64,000 nucleotides of DNA from Vulcanimicrobiota bacterium (GCA_963833095.1 CAWHWQ010000005.1:416001-480000); one strand, 5' to 3'. Positions 30,507 through 40,861 are shown, counted from the first letter of the stretch. The notes: generated from the sequence alone by a model not told the origin. Made by a program: numbers and translations.

Positions 30507-31850
30507 CTAGCGGAGTTGTACCCCAAAATAGCGCTCGAGCGCTTCACTCGCAATGCGCTCCTGGCGCATCGAATCGCGCTCGCGGACCGTCACGGTCCCG
30601 TCTTCGAGCGTATCGTAGTCGACGGTGACGCAGAACGGCGTACCGATCTCGTCCTGTCGCCGATAGAGCTGACCGATGTTGCCCTCGTCATATTGCGTGC
30701 GGTGCAGCGGGCGTAGCGCTGCCTCGATCGCACGCGCACGTTCCACCAGTTCGGGCTTGTTGCGCGCGAGCGAGAAGACGGCGATCTGAACCGGCGCAAT
30801 AAAGGGATGGAAGCGCAGCACGGTACGTTCGGTCTCTTTTCCGTTGGGATCGACGCTCTTTTCACGTTCGTAGGCGTCGACCAGCATGGTGAGCGTCGTA
30901 CGATCCATGCCCGCCGAGCTTTCAATGAGGATCGGCGTGTAATGCGCCTTGCTCGCCTCGTCGTAGTAACGTAGGTCCTTCCCCGACAGCGCCATGTGCG
31001 CATCGAGATCGTAGGTGCCGCGGTGCGCGATCGATTCCAGTTCGCCCCAACCCCACGGGAAAAGATACTCGACGTCGATGCCCGCCTTTGCGTAGTGCGG
31101 GCGCTCCTGCTCCGTCAGCTCATAAAAGCGTAAGCGGTCGGCTTTGACGCCGTATTGCGAGTACCACGCCTTACGCCGCTCGACCCACTCCGCAAAGGCC
31201 TCGAGATCTTTGCCGTCGTCGGGCACGAAATACTCGAGTTCGGCTTGCTCGAATTCGCGCACGCGAAACGTGAAATTGCCCGGCGTAATCTCGTTGCGAA
31301 AAGACTTCCCGATCTGCGCGATCCCGAAAGGCGGCCGCTTGCGCGCGGTTTGATAGACGTTTTTAAAGTTGACGAAGATGCCTTGTGCGGTCTCCGGACG
31401 GAGATACGCGACCGAGGCGGTGTCTTCCATCGGGCCGACCTGCGTCTTCATCATCAGGTTGAAGTTGCGCGGGTCGGTGAAGCTGTCTTTGCTTCCACAA
31501 TCCGGGCATTGATGGACGTCTTTTAAATGATCGAAGCGAAAGCGGTGCTTGCAGACCTTGCAATCAACCAACTTGTCGTGAAAGACGTCGATGTGTCCCG
31601 AGGCCTTCCAGACCAGCGGATGCATGATGATGGATGAATCGAAGGCGACCACATCGTCGCGTAGCAACACGTTCTCGCGCCACCACGCTTCCTTGACGTT
31701 GCGCTTGAGCACGGCTCCCAGCGGCCCATAGTCCCAAAACCCGTTGATCCCGCCGTAGATCTCGCTCGACTGGAAGATAAATCCCCGCCGCTTGGCTAGA
31801 GCGGTGATTTCGTCCATCGTGACGGGGCTCTGGGGGGTCGTGATCTCCAT
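30507..31850 (-). CDS. glyQS: Glycine-tRNA ligase (homodimeric type)
   Basis: KRRGFIF, LRPETAQGIF, GKSFRNEI, REFEQAE, YRRQDEIGTP. Confidence 0.96.
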   Translation of the reverse strand: MEITTPQSPVTMDEITALAKRRGFIFQSSEIYGGINGFWDYGPLGAVLKRNVKEAWWRENVLLRDDVVAFDSSIIMHPLVWKASGHIDVFHDKLVDCKVCKHRFRFDHLKDVHQCPDCGSKDSFTDPRNFNLMMKTQVGPMEDTASVAYLRPETAQGIFVNFKNVYQTARKRPPFGIAQIGKSFRNEITPGNFTFRVREFEQAELEYFVPDDGKDLEAFAEWVERRKAWYSQYGVKADRLRFYELTEQERPHYAKAGIDVEYLFPWGWGELESIAHRGTYDLDAHMALSGKDLRYYDEASKAHYTPILIESSAGMDRTTLTMLVDAYEREKSVDPNGKETERTVLRFHPFIAPVQIAVFSLARNKPELVERARAIEAALRPLHRTQYDEGNIGQLYRRQDEIGTPFCVTVDYDTLEDGTVTVRERDSMRQERIASEALERYFGVQLR

Positions 31851-31910
31851 AAGGGGTGTTCAATTTATCAAGCCCCTTCGAATACCCCCGGTAAGACTTT
31901 TGTCGTAGTT

Positions 31911-31930
31911 TATATCAATCTCTTGATATA
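31911..31930. promoter_or_regulatory. Palindromic operator, candidate MarR site
   Basis: Perfect TATATCAA-TCTC-TTGATATA in an AT-rich divergent intergenic region upstream of the orf-marR pair. Confidence 0.55.
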
Positions 31931-31957
31931 CCATGCAGCATATCAGGAGGAACAACA

Positions 31958-32353
31958 ATGTTTATCGCTTCGCTCGCACTCTCAGCCGCCGTCGCTACGG
32001 CCCCCGCCCAAGCCGCCTACACCGGCATCGAGCCCATCCGCGTGGCGTCGTGCTCACTTGAGCCCGCCGCAGCGAGTCTCACCCTGCCCTACGGGCTGTT
32101 TAACACGCCCAGCGGGTCGTCGACGGTGATTTCGTTCGTAAACGAGGCTCCGGCCACTGTCGCTTCGGTGACATTCAACGTGACCGACGGCCGCACGAGC
32201 AGCCAGATCGTCGATCAAGGCACCTTCTCGAACGGCGTCCCGATCGAAAATCACCGCTTCACCACGCCGGAATTCCAAAACGACGTCAACGACGTGACCT
32301 GCACGGTCAAGTCGGTTGCCTTCGCGGACGGTAGCATCTGGCAAGCCCAATAG
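31958..32353 (+). CDS. Hypothetical exported protein
   Basis: AGGAGG RBS, signal peptide, two Cys, ends FADGSIW. Confidence 0.75.
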   Translation: MFIASLALSAAVATAPAQAAYTGIEPIRVASCSLEPAAASLTLPYGLFNTPSGSSTVISFVNEAPATVASVTFNVTDGRTSSQIVDQGTFSNGVPIENHRFTTPEFQNDVNDVTCTVKSVAFADGSIWQAQ

Positions 32354-32856
32354 TGGTCCTTCCCGAAGAGTCGCCCATGGCATCACCTCCGGACGAGGGT
32401 ACTGGGCGACTCTTCCTACATCTCAAAGCGGCTCAGGGAGCGGCGCGGAACGCGCTCGACGACGCCCTCCGGGATCTCGGTCTCACCTCGATGCAGCTTA
32501 TCATCCTGCGCACAATCGAATATAATCCGGCGATTTCGGGCGCGCAACTTGCGCGGGATTGCTTTGTCACGCCGCAAGCTATGGCTGCAAACATCGCCAA
32601 GCTCGAATCCGCCGGGCTGCTTGCGCGCAGCAAAGGCGAGGGCCGCGCGCTCGAGACGCACCTCACCGACAAGGGGCGCGCGATCTTCGATCGTGCCGGC
32701 TCGCGCGTGCAATCCGCCGAGCGCTACATCGCCGAGGTTATCGGCGCCGGGACGGTGGCCGAGCTCGATCGTATCCTACGCGATCTCACCGACTGCTTGC
32801 AAAAGAGCGTCGTCGTCACGACGTCGCGGACTTGGGATACTGATAACGAGGCTTAG
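32353..32856 (+). CDS. MarR family transcriptional regulator
   Basis: LGLT..Q..IL, S.AQLAR...VTPQ, LTDKGR winged-helix pattern; start may be ATG 32377. Confidence 0.88.
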   Translation: MVLPEESPMASPPDEGTGRLFLHLKAAQGAARNALDDALRDLGLTSMQLIILRTIEYNPAISGAQLARDCFVTPQAMAANIAKLESAGLLARSKGEGRALETHLTDKGRAIFDRAGSRVQSAERYIAEVIGAGTVAELDRILRDLTDCLQKSVVVTTSRTWDTDNEA

Positions 32857-33981
32857 CTCGATCAGGTCCGCATCGCCGACACTCGGTTGTTGCGCGGCGA
32901 GCCGGTCGAACGCGCGAGCGAACCGGCGGCGACCCTCGTCATCGAAGTGCAAGCCCAGCTCGCCGGCGCGCGCGAAGAGCGCATGGCGCCCTGAGTTTCG
33001 GCCTAGCGTGAGCGTCGTTGCGCGCCCTACCGAGCGGGGATCTACGATCTCGTAGGTCGAGCGCTCCTTGAGGACTCCGTCCTGATGAATGCCGGACTCG
33101 TGCGCGAACGCGTTCGCGCCGACGACGGCTTTGTTCTTTTGCACCGGCATCCGCGTACCGCGCGCGACGGTCTTTGAAATATGCTGCAAGTTCGCGGTGT
33201 TGAAGGCAGCGGTGGCACCGAAGAGATCGGCGCGCGTTTGAAGCGCCACCACAATCTCTTCGAGCGCGCAATTTCCCGCGCGTTCGCCGATCCCGTTGAT
33301 CGTACACTCTACCTGACGAGCTCCCGCGCGTACTGCAGCAAGCGCGTTGGCCGTCGCCATGCCTAGGTCATCGTGGGTATGCACGCTGATCCGCACCCGC
33401 TCGACGCCCGCGATATGCGCGCGCAGATATCCGATCAGCGCCTCCATCTCGGCCGGCGTGATGTAACCGACGGTATCCGGGACGTTGAGCGTCGTTGCGC
33501 CCGCGGCTGCAGCGGCCGAGAATATCTGCGCCAAGAACGCCGGGTCGGAGCGCGTCGCGTCTTCGGCTGAAAATTCGACGTCGTCGCAGTAGGCACGTGC
33601 CCGCCGCACTGCATCGCTCGCCATCTCAACGGCGCGCTCGGCACTAATTCCAAGCTTGTGGCGCAGATGCACCGGCGAGGTCGCGATAAAGACGTGAATC
33701 CGCGGGCGGCGCGCGCCTGCCACTGCCTTGGCCGCGGCCTCGATGTCCTCTTGCGTGCAGCGCGCGAGCGCTGCTACGCGCGCGTTGCGCGTTCGTTTCG
33801 CGATAGTTTTGACGCTTTCGAACGAGACCTCGTTCGAGATAGGAAAGCCGGCTTCGATCGTATCGACTCCCGCTTCGTCGAGCATTCGCGCAATCTTAAG
33901 TCGAGTGGAGGCCGTCATTGCCGCTCCCGGCGATTGCTCGCCGTCGCGTAGCGTGGTATCGAAAATCTCGACGGTCTCCAT
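32776..33981 (-). CDS. leuA: 2-isopropylmalate synthase, short form lacking the C-terminal regulatory domain
   Basis: DTTLRDGEQ, HTHDD, GIGERAGN, HESGIHQDG; 401 aa; last gene of the ilv operon. Confidence 0.85.
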   Translation of the reverse strand: METVEIFDTTLRDGEQSPGAAMTASTRLKIARMLDEAGVDTIEAGFPISNEVSFESVKTIAKRTRNARVAALARCTQEDIEAAAKAVAGARRPRIHVFIATSPVHLRHKLGISAERAVEMASDAVRRARAYCDDVEFSAEDATRSDPAFLAQIFSAAAAAGATTLNVPDTVGYITPAEMEALIGYLRAHIAGVERVRISVHTHDDLGMATANALAAVRAGARQVECTINGIGERAGNCALEEIVVALQTRADLFGATAAFNTANLQHISKTVARGTRMPVQKNKAVVGANAFAHESGIHQDGVLKERSTYEIVDPRSVGRATTLTLGRNSGRHALFARAGELGLHFDDEGRRRFARAFDRLAAQQPSVGDADLIELSLVISIPSPRRRDDDALLQAVGEIA

Positions 33982-34005
33982 GGCGGCCTCCCTTAGCTTT
34001 ACGTG

Positions 34006-34926
34006 TTAGCGCGCGTACTCTACCCAGTCGGCGTGGCGCGGCTCGTCACCGCGTACCGCCCGCTGGTAGGCACGTTGCAGTTCTGTGGTTACCGGTCGTT
34101 GCGCCGGCAAGACGTGATCGTCGATCTGGAGGATCGGCATCACTTCGGCAGCCGTGCCGGTAAAAAAGACTTCGTCGGCGACGAACAATTCAGCCGGCGC
34201 GATTCGCCCGATCTCGACGTCGATGCCACGATCGCGAGCAAGCTGGACCACCGAGTCCTGCGTGATCCCTTCGAGCACGTCGGCCTTGGCATCGTTGGTG
34301 CGCATGCGGCCGCCCTTGACGATGAAGATGTTCTCGCCGGTGCCCTCCGCGACGTCACCACGATCGTTGAGCAAGATCGCCTCGTCGAAACCGCGCCGCT
34401 GCGCATCTTGCAGAGCAAGAATCGAGTTGGTGTAGTGACCGCAGGCCTTGACCGTCGACGGCATAGAGCGCGACGGCGTTTTTTGCCATGGCGACATCGT
34501 CACGCGCACGCCTTCAGCTTCGCCAAGGAGCGAACCGGAGAGCGGCTTGAGCGCGATCAGCATGTGCGTCGGACAGTGAAACGCGGGCGCGAGCGAGATG
34601 CCCTTTTCACCAAAGTACGCAAGCGGCCGGATGTAGCCCGAGGTGAACGCGTTGGCGCGGAGCGTTTCGAACACCGCTCGCGAGAGCGTTTCGAGGTCGT
34701 AGGGAATGGTGAGTCCGTAGACGCTCGCCGACACGAACAACCGCTTGAGGTGATCGTGTAGCCGGAAGACGCCGGTACCCCGCCGGGTTTCGTAGGCGCG
34801 GATGCCCTCGAAGACACCGGAGCCGTAGTGCAACGCATGCGTGAACGGCCGCACCACAATATCGTCGGCATCGACCAGTTCACCGTCGAACCACATGCGC
34901 TCGCGCACGGCAGCTCTAGCAATCAC
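34006..34926 (-). CDS. ilvE: Branched-chain amino acid aminotransferase
   Basis: HALHYG..VFEG, YIRP, EGTGENIF, LEGIT, GTAAEV; GGAGG RBS before GTG 34926. Confidence 0.95.
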   Translation of the reverse strand: MIARAAVRERMWFDGELVDADDIVVRPFTHALHYGSGVFEGIRAYETRRGTGVFRLHDHLKRLFVSASVYGLTIPYDLETLSRAVFETLRANAFTSGYIRPLAYFGEKGISLAPAFHCPTHMLIALKPLSGSLLGEAEGVRVTMSPWQKTPSRSMPSTVKACGHYTNSILALQDAQRRGFDEAILLNDRGDVAEGTGENIFIVKGGRMRTNDAKADVLEGITQDSVVQLARDRGIDVEIGRIAPAELFVADEVFFTGTAAEVMPILQIDDHVLPAQRPVTTELQRAYQRAVRGDEPRHADWVEYAR

Positions 34927-36593
34927 GAGCAAACCTCCGTAGTGGTAACCGCGCCATGCGCGGCCGAGCCGACCGTCGCGGCATATTTGGCAAAAACACC
35001 GCCCCGGTAAAGCGGCTCGGGTGCGCGCCAAGCGCGCAAACGCTCAGCGATCACCGATGTTGCAACAGCGAGATCGAGCGTACGTGCCTCGACGTCGATC
35101 ACGATCTCATCGCCGTCGCGTATCGCGGCGATTGGGCCGCCCACCGCGGCTTCGGGCGCGACGTGACCGATCATAAGCCCGCGCGTGCCGCCGCTAAAAC
35201 GGCCGTCGGTTACCATGGCTACGGTCTCGCCGAGGCCCGCGCCCACGATTGCGCTTGTGACGCTGAGCATCTCGCGCATGCCCGGGCCGCCTTTGGGCCC
35301 CTCGTACGCGATAACGACAACGTCACCGGGTGAAATGGTGTCGTCGAGAATCGCTTGCATCGCGGCTTCCTCTGAGTTGAACACGCGCGCGGGACCACGG
35401 TGATAGGGCCGCTCCGACCCCGCGATCTTGACGACTGCCCCCGACGGCGCGAGATTGCCTTTGAGAATGACGAGGCCTCCGTGCGGTTTGAACGGATGCT
35501 CCGCGGTTGCGATCACGACTTGGCCCGGCGTCTCCACCGCGCTCTCGACCTCAACTGCAAAGCTGCGTCCGGTTGCGGTCATAACGGTCGTGTCGACCAG
35601 ATGTCCCTCGGCGAGACGTTTGCCGATGAGCTGTGTTCCGCCGGCGGCATCAACATCGAGCGCGACGTATTTGCCGCCCGGGCGCAGGTCCGCAATGATC
35701 GGCGTCCGCCGGCTCACCGTATCAAAGTCCTCGATCGCTAGCGGCGTGCCGGCTTCGTGCGCGATCCCGAGCAGATGCAGCACACTATTGGTCGAGCCGC
35801 CGGTCGCCGCCGCGGCCGCGATCGCATTCAAAAACGAGGCCCGCGTGAGAAGGTCGCGCGGGCGGACGTTTTTCGCAAGCAATTCCATGACGATGACCCC
35901 CGCGTCGTGGGCCCATTGCTCGCGTCGCTTCGACGTTGCTCCCGGACTCGCGCTGCCGATTGGGGAGAGCCCGAGATACTCCATGACCATTGCCATCGTG
36001 TTCGCGGTATACTGCCCACCGCAGGCGCCCGGCCCGGGACAAGCATTATCCTCGATCGCCTTGAGTTGCCCGTCGTCGATCGTGCCACGCGCGTGCGCGC
36101 CGATCGCTTCGAAGACGTCGATGATCGTGAGGTCCTTGCCGTCGAGTTTTCCCGGTGCGATCGACCCGCCGTAGATGATGACCGAAGGCAGATTCAAACG
36201 CGCAAAAGCCATTGCGGTCCCGGGAATGGTCTTGTCGCAGCCGACCAGGCCGACCATCGCATCGAAGTAATGCGAACGCCCGATCAGTTCGATCGAATCG
36301 GCGATCACCTCGCGGCTGATGAGCGAGCCTTTCATGCCCTGCGTACCCATCGTGATGCCGTCGCTGATTGCGATCGTGTTGAACTCCATCGGCGTGCCGC
36401 CCGCGGCGCGCACGCCCTCCTTGACACGTTCGGCTAATTCGCGCAGGTGATAGCCGCACGGCATAGTCTCGACCCACGTGTTGGCGATACCAACAAGCGG
36501 TTTACGCAGGTCGTCGTCGGTAAACCCATTGGCTTTGAACATCGCGCGCGCCGCCGCGCGAGTGGCGCCCTGCGTGAGCGTGTGACTCAACAT
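34923..36593 (-). CDS. ilvD: Dihydroxy-acid dehydratase
   Basis: [43 protein letters not shown]. Confidence 0.97.
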   Translation of the reverse strand: MLSHTLTQGATRAAARAMFKANGFTDDDLRKPLVGIANTWVETMPCGYHLRELAERVKEGVRAAGGTPMEFNTIAISDGITMGTQGMKGSLISREVIADSIELIGRSHYFDAMVGLVGCDKTIPGTAMAFARLNLPSVIIYGGSIAPGKLDGKDLTIIDVFEAIGAHARGTIDDGQLKAIEDNACPGPGACGGQYTANTMAMVMEYLGLSPIGSASPGATSKRREQWAHDAGVIVMELLAKNVRPRDLLTRASFLNAIAAAAATGGSTNSVLHLLGIAHEAGTPLAIEDFDTVSRRTPIIADLRPGGKYVALDVDAAGGTQLIGKRLAEGHLVDTTVMTATGRSFAVEVESAVETPGQVVIATAEHPFKPHGGLVILKGNLAPSGAVVKIAGSERPYHRGPARVFNSEEAAMQAILDDTISPGDVVVIAYEGPKGGPGMREMLSVTSAIVGAGLGETVAMVTDGRFSGGTRGLMIGHVAPEAAVGGPIAAIRDGDEIVIDVEARTLDLAVATSVIAERLRAWRAPEPLYRGGVFAKYAATVGSAAHGAVTTTEVCS

Positions 36594-37636
36594 ACGCGGA
36601 ATTTCATATCCTCATCTTTGGCCGCAGGGGCCGACGCCACGGTTTGCTTCTCGCGCATCCACGGCATGAGTGAGCGCAACGTCGCACCAATACGCTCGAT
36701 CGGGTGCGCGTCGGATTTGCGCTTGTAATCGTTGAAGCGCGGTTTGCCTGCGGCGTGTTCAGCAACCCATTCCTGTGCGAACGCCCCGCTTTGGATCTCT
36801 TTGAGAATCGCGCGCATCGCCGCCTTGGACTCCTCGCCGATGACACGCGGCCCACGCGTGTAGTCGCCGAATTGCGCGGTATTGCTGATACCGTCGCGCA
36901 TGCCCTCGATACCGCGCGCGTAGAGCAAGTCCACGATCAGTTTCATCTCGTGCATGCACTCGAAGTACGCCATCTCCGGCGCGTAGCCGGCTTCGGTAAG
37001 CGTTTCGAAGCCTGCGGTAATGAGCGAGGTAAGGCCACCGCACAGCACCGCCTGCTCGCCGAAGAGATCGGTCTCGGTCTCCTCGCGGAACGTGGTCTCG
37101 AGAATGCCGGCACGGCCCGCGCCAATGCCTGCCGCATACGCGAGGGCAACGGCCCGCGTGTCCTTGCTCGGATCTTGGTGCACCGCAATGAGTGCGGGCA
37201 CACCGCGTCCGCCTTCGTATTCAGTGCGCACCAGAGAGCCCGGGCCCTTGGGTGCGACCATAAAAACGTTGACGGTCTTTGGCGGAACGACGGTGCCGAA
37301 GTGAATCGAGAATCCGTGCGCAAACGCAAGGTAGGCGCCCGGAGTGAGATGCTCGTGAATCGCACGCATATAGAGCGCACCATGCTCTTCGTCGGGAGCA
37401 AGCACCATCACCACGTCGGCGATCGATACCGCGTGCTCGACAGTTTGCGCATCGAGCCGGTCGCGCCGCGCCTGCTCGAACGATTCCGAGCCCTCGCGCA
37501 ATCCTACGACGACTCGGTGTCCCGATTCGTGCAGATTGAGCGCGTGGGCGCGGCCTTGGCTTCCGTAACCGATGACCGCGATCGTCTTGCCGTGCAGTGC
37601 GCTCGCATCGGTATCCTGGTCGTAGAGGGCTTTCAT
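36587..37636 (-). CDS. ilvC: Ketol-acid reductoisomerase
   Basis: [37 protein letters not shown]. Confidence 0.97.
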   Translation of the reverse strand: MKALYDQDTDASALHGKTIAVIGYGSQGRAHALNLHESGHRVVVGLREGSESFEQARRDRLDAQTVEHAVSIADVVMVLAPDEEHGALYMRAIHEHLTPGAYLAFAHGFSIHFGTVVPPKTVNVFMVAPKGPGSLVRTEYEGGRGVPALIAVHQDPSKDTRAVALAYAAGIGAGRAGILETTFREETETDLFGEQAVLCGGLTSLITAGFETLTEAGYAPEMAYFECMHEMKLIVDLLYARGIEGMRDGISNTAQFGDYTRGPRVIGEESKAAMRAILKEIQSGAFAQEWVAEHAAGKPRFNDYKRKSDAHPIERIGATLRSLMPWMREKQTVASAPAAKDEDMKFRVC

Positions 37637-37845
37637 TCCATGGTCTCCCTGTCATCATCGAGGAGTTTGGTGATTTGGGCGTCGAGGCGGCGCAACGCAT
37701 CGCCGGGACCAGCGAAGGCGAATTCCATGCGATACTGAGCGCCGGTGTGTTCGGAGGCTACGCTTGTATACGAGCAGCCGAACCGGTGAGCGAGGTGTAT
37801 TATGCGGGCGAGGATGCGCCCATCGTTAGCGGTGACGGTTCTCAC
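37633..37845 (-). CDS. Acetolactate synthase small subunit (single ACT domain, IlvM/IlvN-like)
   Basis: 70 aa, [13 protein letters not shown]...QITKLLD; ATGA-coupled between ilvB and ilvC. Confidence 0.7.
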   Translation of the reverse strand: MRTVTANDGRILARIIHLAHRFGCSYTSVASEHTGAQYRMEFAFAGPGDALRRLDAQITKLLDDDRETME

Positions 37846-39530
37846 GCCGGAAGCGCTTCCATCAAATCGTCGACGCCTTTACCGGACGGGATGATCGGCC
37901 AGACGTTCTCGTGCGGGAAACACGCACAGTGCAGCAGCATCGGTCCAGGTGACTCGAGCATCCGCGCGATTGCAGCGCCGATCGCATTGACGTTATCGAC
38001 CAAACGCGATTCGATGCCGTAGGCACGCGCGATCGTCGTGAATTCCGGATTATCGGGCAGCGCGGTCGCCGAGTAGCGTCCGCTGTAGAAGAGTTCTTGC
38101 CACTGCCGCACCATGCCGAGGTTGCGGTTATCGAGCAGAATGATCTTCACCGGAAGTTCGTGGCGGCGTAGGGTCGCAAGCTCGGCCATCGACATCTGGA
38201 ATCCGCCGTCGCCCACGATCGCGACCACCATGCGACCCGGGTGCGCCATCTGGGCGCCGATCGCCGCCGGTAGACCGAAGCCCATCGAACCGAGGCCGCC
38301 GGAGGTGAGGAAATGTTGCGGATGGCTGGCGCGCACGCGCTGCGCTGCCCACATTTGATGTTGACCGACGTCCGTTGCCACGATCGCATCCTCGGGCAGC
38401 GCGGCAAACAGCGCATCGAGGAAATCGGTCGCGGAGAGATGGTCGTGGCGCGCGTCGTCGCGCGGCAGCTGTTCTTGCGGTGCGCACGCGGCGCTACGCC
38501 ACTCTTCAAAAGAGGGCAAGGTCACACGCGCAAGGCGATGATCGAGCGCAGCCAGGGTTTCACGCAGGTCGCCATGCAGCGTGATCTGCGCGCGCACGAC
38601 CTTATTGAACTCGGCTTTGTCGATATCGGCGTGAACGATCGTGTGCGCGTTCGGTGCGAACTTGGCGGGATCGCCGGTCACCCGGTCGTCAAAACGCATG
38701 CCTAGCGCGAAGATCACATCGGCCTTGGACACCGCAAGGTTCGCGCGCTTCCATCCGTGCATTCCAAGCATGCCGACAAATGCCGGGTCGCCTGGGTCAG
38801 CGCATCCAAGGCCGTGCAGGGTCGACGCGATCGGCGCGCCGATGTGCGCCGCAAGGGCGCGAAAGATCTCCGTCGCGCCGGACCAGCGCGCGCCGCCACC
38901 CACAATGAGCACCGGCCGCTTCGCGCCCTCGAGCGCGGCAACCGCGGCATCGAGCGACCGGGCATCGGCGCGCGGCCGTTCGCGCACGGGCGTTTGCGGG
39001 ACTGCGGGTTTGCGCTGCTCTTCTTCGAACGCGCGCAACACGTCGGTCGGAAGATCGACGAGGACCGGCCCCGGGCGATCGCTCGTGGCCAGACGAAAGG
39101 CCGCGCGCAGCGCCGGCTCGATCTGCTCGATCGAGCGCACTACGATGTTGCGTTTGGTCACCTGGTGGGTGATAGCCGCTACGTCGACTTCCTGGAACGC
39201 GTCGGTTCCCATCACCGTGCTGCGCACCTGGCCGGTAAGGGCCACGAGCGGCACGTTATCCATCATTGCATCCACGATGCCGGTGATCAGATTCGTCGCG
39301 CCCGGACCGGAGGTCGCGATGCACACACCCGGACGGCCGGTCGAGCGCGCGAACCCGCTGGCAGCAAAAACAGCCGCGGCTTCGTGACGTACGAGCACGT
39401 GCGCAATACGATGATCGTAGAGTGCATCGTAGAGGGGCATGATCGCGCCGCCCGGATAGCCGAACACTGTTTCGACTCCCAAGCTCTCGAGTGTATCGAG
39501 AACGATCGCTGCGCCCGTGCGCGTGTGCAC
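37842..39530 (-). CDS. ilvB: Acetolactate synthase large subunit
   Basis: FGYPGG, RHE, TSGPGATN, DVGQHQMW, GDGGFQM, GMVRQWQ. Confidence 0.97.
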   Translation of the reverse strand: MHTRTGAAIVLDTLESLGVETVFGYPGGAIMPLYDALYDHRIAHVLVRHEAAAVFAASGFARSTGRPGVCIATSGPGATNLITGIVDAMMDNVPLVALTGQVRSTVMGTDAFQEVDVAAITHQVTKRNIVVRSIEQIEPALRAAFRLATSDRPGPVLVDLPTDVLRAFEEEQRKPAVPQTPVRERPRADARSLDAAVAALEGAKRPVLIVGGGARWSGATEIFRALAAHIGAPIASTLHGLGCADPGDPAFVGMLGMHGWKRANLAVSKADVIFALGMRFDDRVTGDPAKFAPNAHTIVHADIDKAEFNKVVRAQITLHGDLRETLAALDHRLARVTLPSFEEWRSAACAPQEQLPRDDARHDHLSATDFLDALFAALPEDAIVATDVGQHQMWAAQRVRASHPQHFLTSGGLGSMGFGLPAAIGAQMAHPGRMVVAIVGDGGFQMSMAELATLRRHELPVKIILLDNRNLGMVRQWQELFYSGRYSATALPDNPEFTTIARAYGIESRLVDNVNAIGAAIARMLESPGPMLLHCACFPHENVWPIIPSGKGVDDLMEALPA

Positions 39531-39547
39531 GATGAACCTCCGGTTCT

Positions 39548-39587
39548 AAAAAAACAAGAGGCCCCGCCGAACCGGCGGGGCCTCTTG
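39548..39587 (-). terminator. Attenuator terminator of the ilv-leu operon
   Basis: CAAGAGGCCCCGCCG-GTT-CGGCGGGGCCTCTTG followed by T7, 17 nt before the ilvB start. Confidence 0.9.
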
Positions 39588-39609
39588 CTAGTGCGTTTCT
39601 CGCTAACCT

Positions 39610-39693
39610 CTACGCAGTAGTCAATCCCAACCGGTTCGGCGACGAACGGCTAATAAGGGCGAGGACTACGAGGAGGAGCGAGGCCAAAATCAT
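39610..39693 (-). CDS. ilv operon leader peptide MILASLLLVVLALISRSSPNRLGLTTA
   Basis: 10 of the first 14 codons are Ile/Leu/Val; contains CGCCGAACCGG, complementary to the terminator. Confidence 0.85.
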   Translation of the reverse strand: MILASLLLVVLALISRSSPNRLGLTTA

Positions 39694-39701
39694 GTTGTTG
39701 C

Positions 39702-39731
39702 ACCCTACCATGGGCCAACTCCGACTGTCAA
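39702..39731 (-). promoter_or_regulatory. Sigma70-type promoter of the ilv leader
   Basis: TTGACA-N18-TAGGGT with TG extension; 8 nt to the leader ATG; no RBS. Confidence 0.65.
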
Positions 39732-40861
39732 GCGGCATAGCGCCGTCCCCGCCAGATAACCCCGCCGCGCGCATGCGCAACAACCGAAGTCACGAAAATC
39801 GCCACAACCAGCGTAATACCGATCGGTAGGTACCACGACGACCAGCGCCCCAAGCCGAGGCGTCGCATGCCCGACGATGCACCCACGATTGCGCAGAGCA
39901 TGGCAAGCGCGAGCGCTGCAGCCGCGGCTTCGGCCTTCACCACGAGCGCCACAACGACCGCGATCGGTGTAACCGGCGCCACGCACGCCAGCAAAATGAT
40001 CCCAAGCGCGGCAAAGGTCCCCTGATCGCGCGCGGCGACCCAGAAATTCTTTACGAAGCCCTGCCAGAGTTCGCCGAATGAGCGATACATGCGCACCCGG
40101 ATGAGCCCGTCGCCGTTGACGAGCGCGGTACGAAAGCGCCCGTCGCTCTTGAAGCGGCGCGCAAGCTCGAGATCCTCGGCGATCTCGCTGCGAACCGCCT
40201 CGTGACCGCCGATCGCCTCATATGCGCGGCGGACCGCGAGTATATATTGGCCGTTGAAGAGCGCGTTCTCACGAGCCGGGTCGTTGATCGCGCGCAGCGA
40301 CCCGATCGCAAACGCGATCGTCCAGAGAATGCTGGGAAGAAAGATCCGTTCGGCCGGCGTTATCATGATCTGCTCGGTCAACACACTAAGCACGTCGAGA
40401 TTGTGCGCTCGCGCATAAGTGAGGGAAGCGCTGGTGGCGCCGGGTTCGTGTTGCGTGTCGGCATCGGTGAAGAGCAGCCAATCCCCGCGCGCGTGCTGTG
40501 CGCCTTGGTGCAGAGCCCAAGGCTTTCCCACCCAACCGCTCGGTAGGATCTCTCCGGCAATCAATCGCACGCGCGGATCCTCGCCTGCAATGCGCGCGAC
40601 GATGGCGGCAGTGTCGTCCTCCGATCGATCGTCCACGACGATGATTTCGACATGCGGATAGTTTTGCGCGAGGAGTGACCGCACGCATTGCTCGATTTGC
40701 CGCGCCTCGTTGCGCGCCGGGACGATGATGCTGATCTCAGGCGCAACCTTTGGCGGAGGCACCGATTCGAGCGCAAAGCGCGAACGAAACGCGATGTGCT
40801 GACTGCGAAATGCGAACGCCAGATTGATGAGGACCAGCAGCGCAACGATCGTCACAAGCAT
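39728..40861 (-). CDS. Membrane glycosyltransferase family 2 (CrtQ/HpnB-like)
   Basis: IVPARNE, VDDRSEDDT, GWVGKPWA, FTDADT, NGQ, AEDL, RMY, C-terminal WRGRRY; start re-assigned to MLVTIVALL. Confidence 0.88.
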   Translation of the reverse strand: MLVTIVALLVLINLAFAFRSQHIAFRSRFALESVPPPKVAPEISIIVPARNEARQIEQCVRSLLAQNYPHVEIIVVDDRSEDDTAAIVARIAGEDPRVRLIAGEILPSGWVGKPWALHQGAQHARGDWLLFTDADTQHEPGATSASLTYARAHNLDVLSVLTEQIMITPAERIFLPSILWTIAFAIGSLRAINDPARENALFNGQYILAVRRAYEAIGGHEAVRSEIAEDLELARRFKSDGRFRTALVNGDGLIRVRMYRSFGELWQGFVKNFWVAARDQGTFAALGIILLACVAPVTPIAVVVALVVKAEAAAAALALAMLCAIVGASSGMRRLGLGRWSSWYLPIGITLVVAIFVTSVVAHARGGVIWRGRRYAA

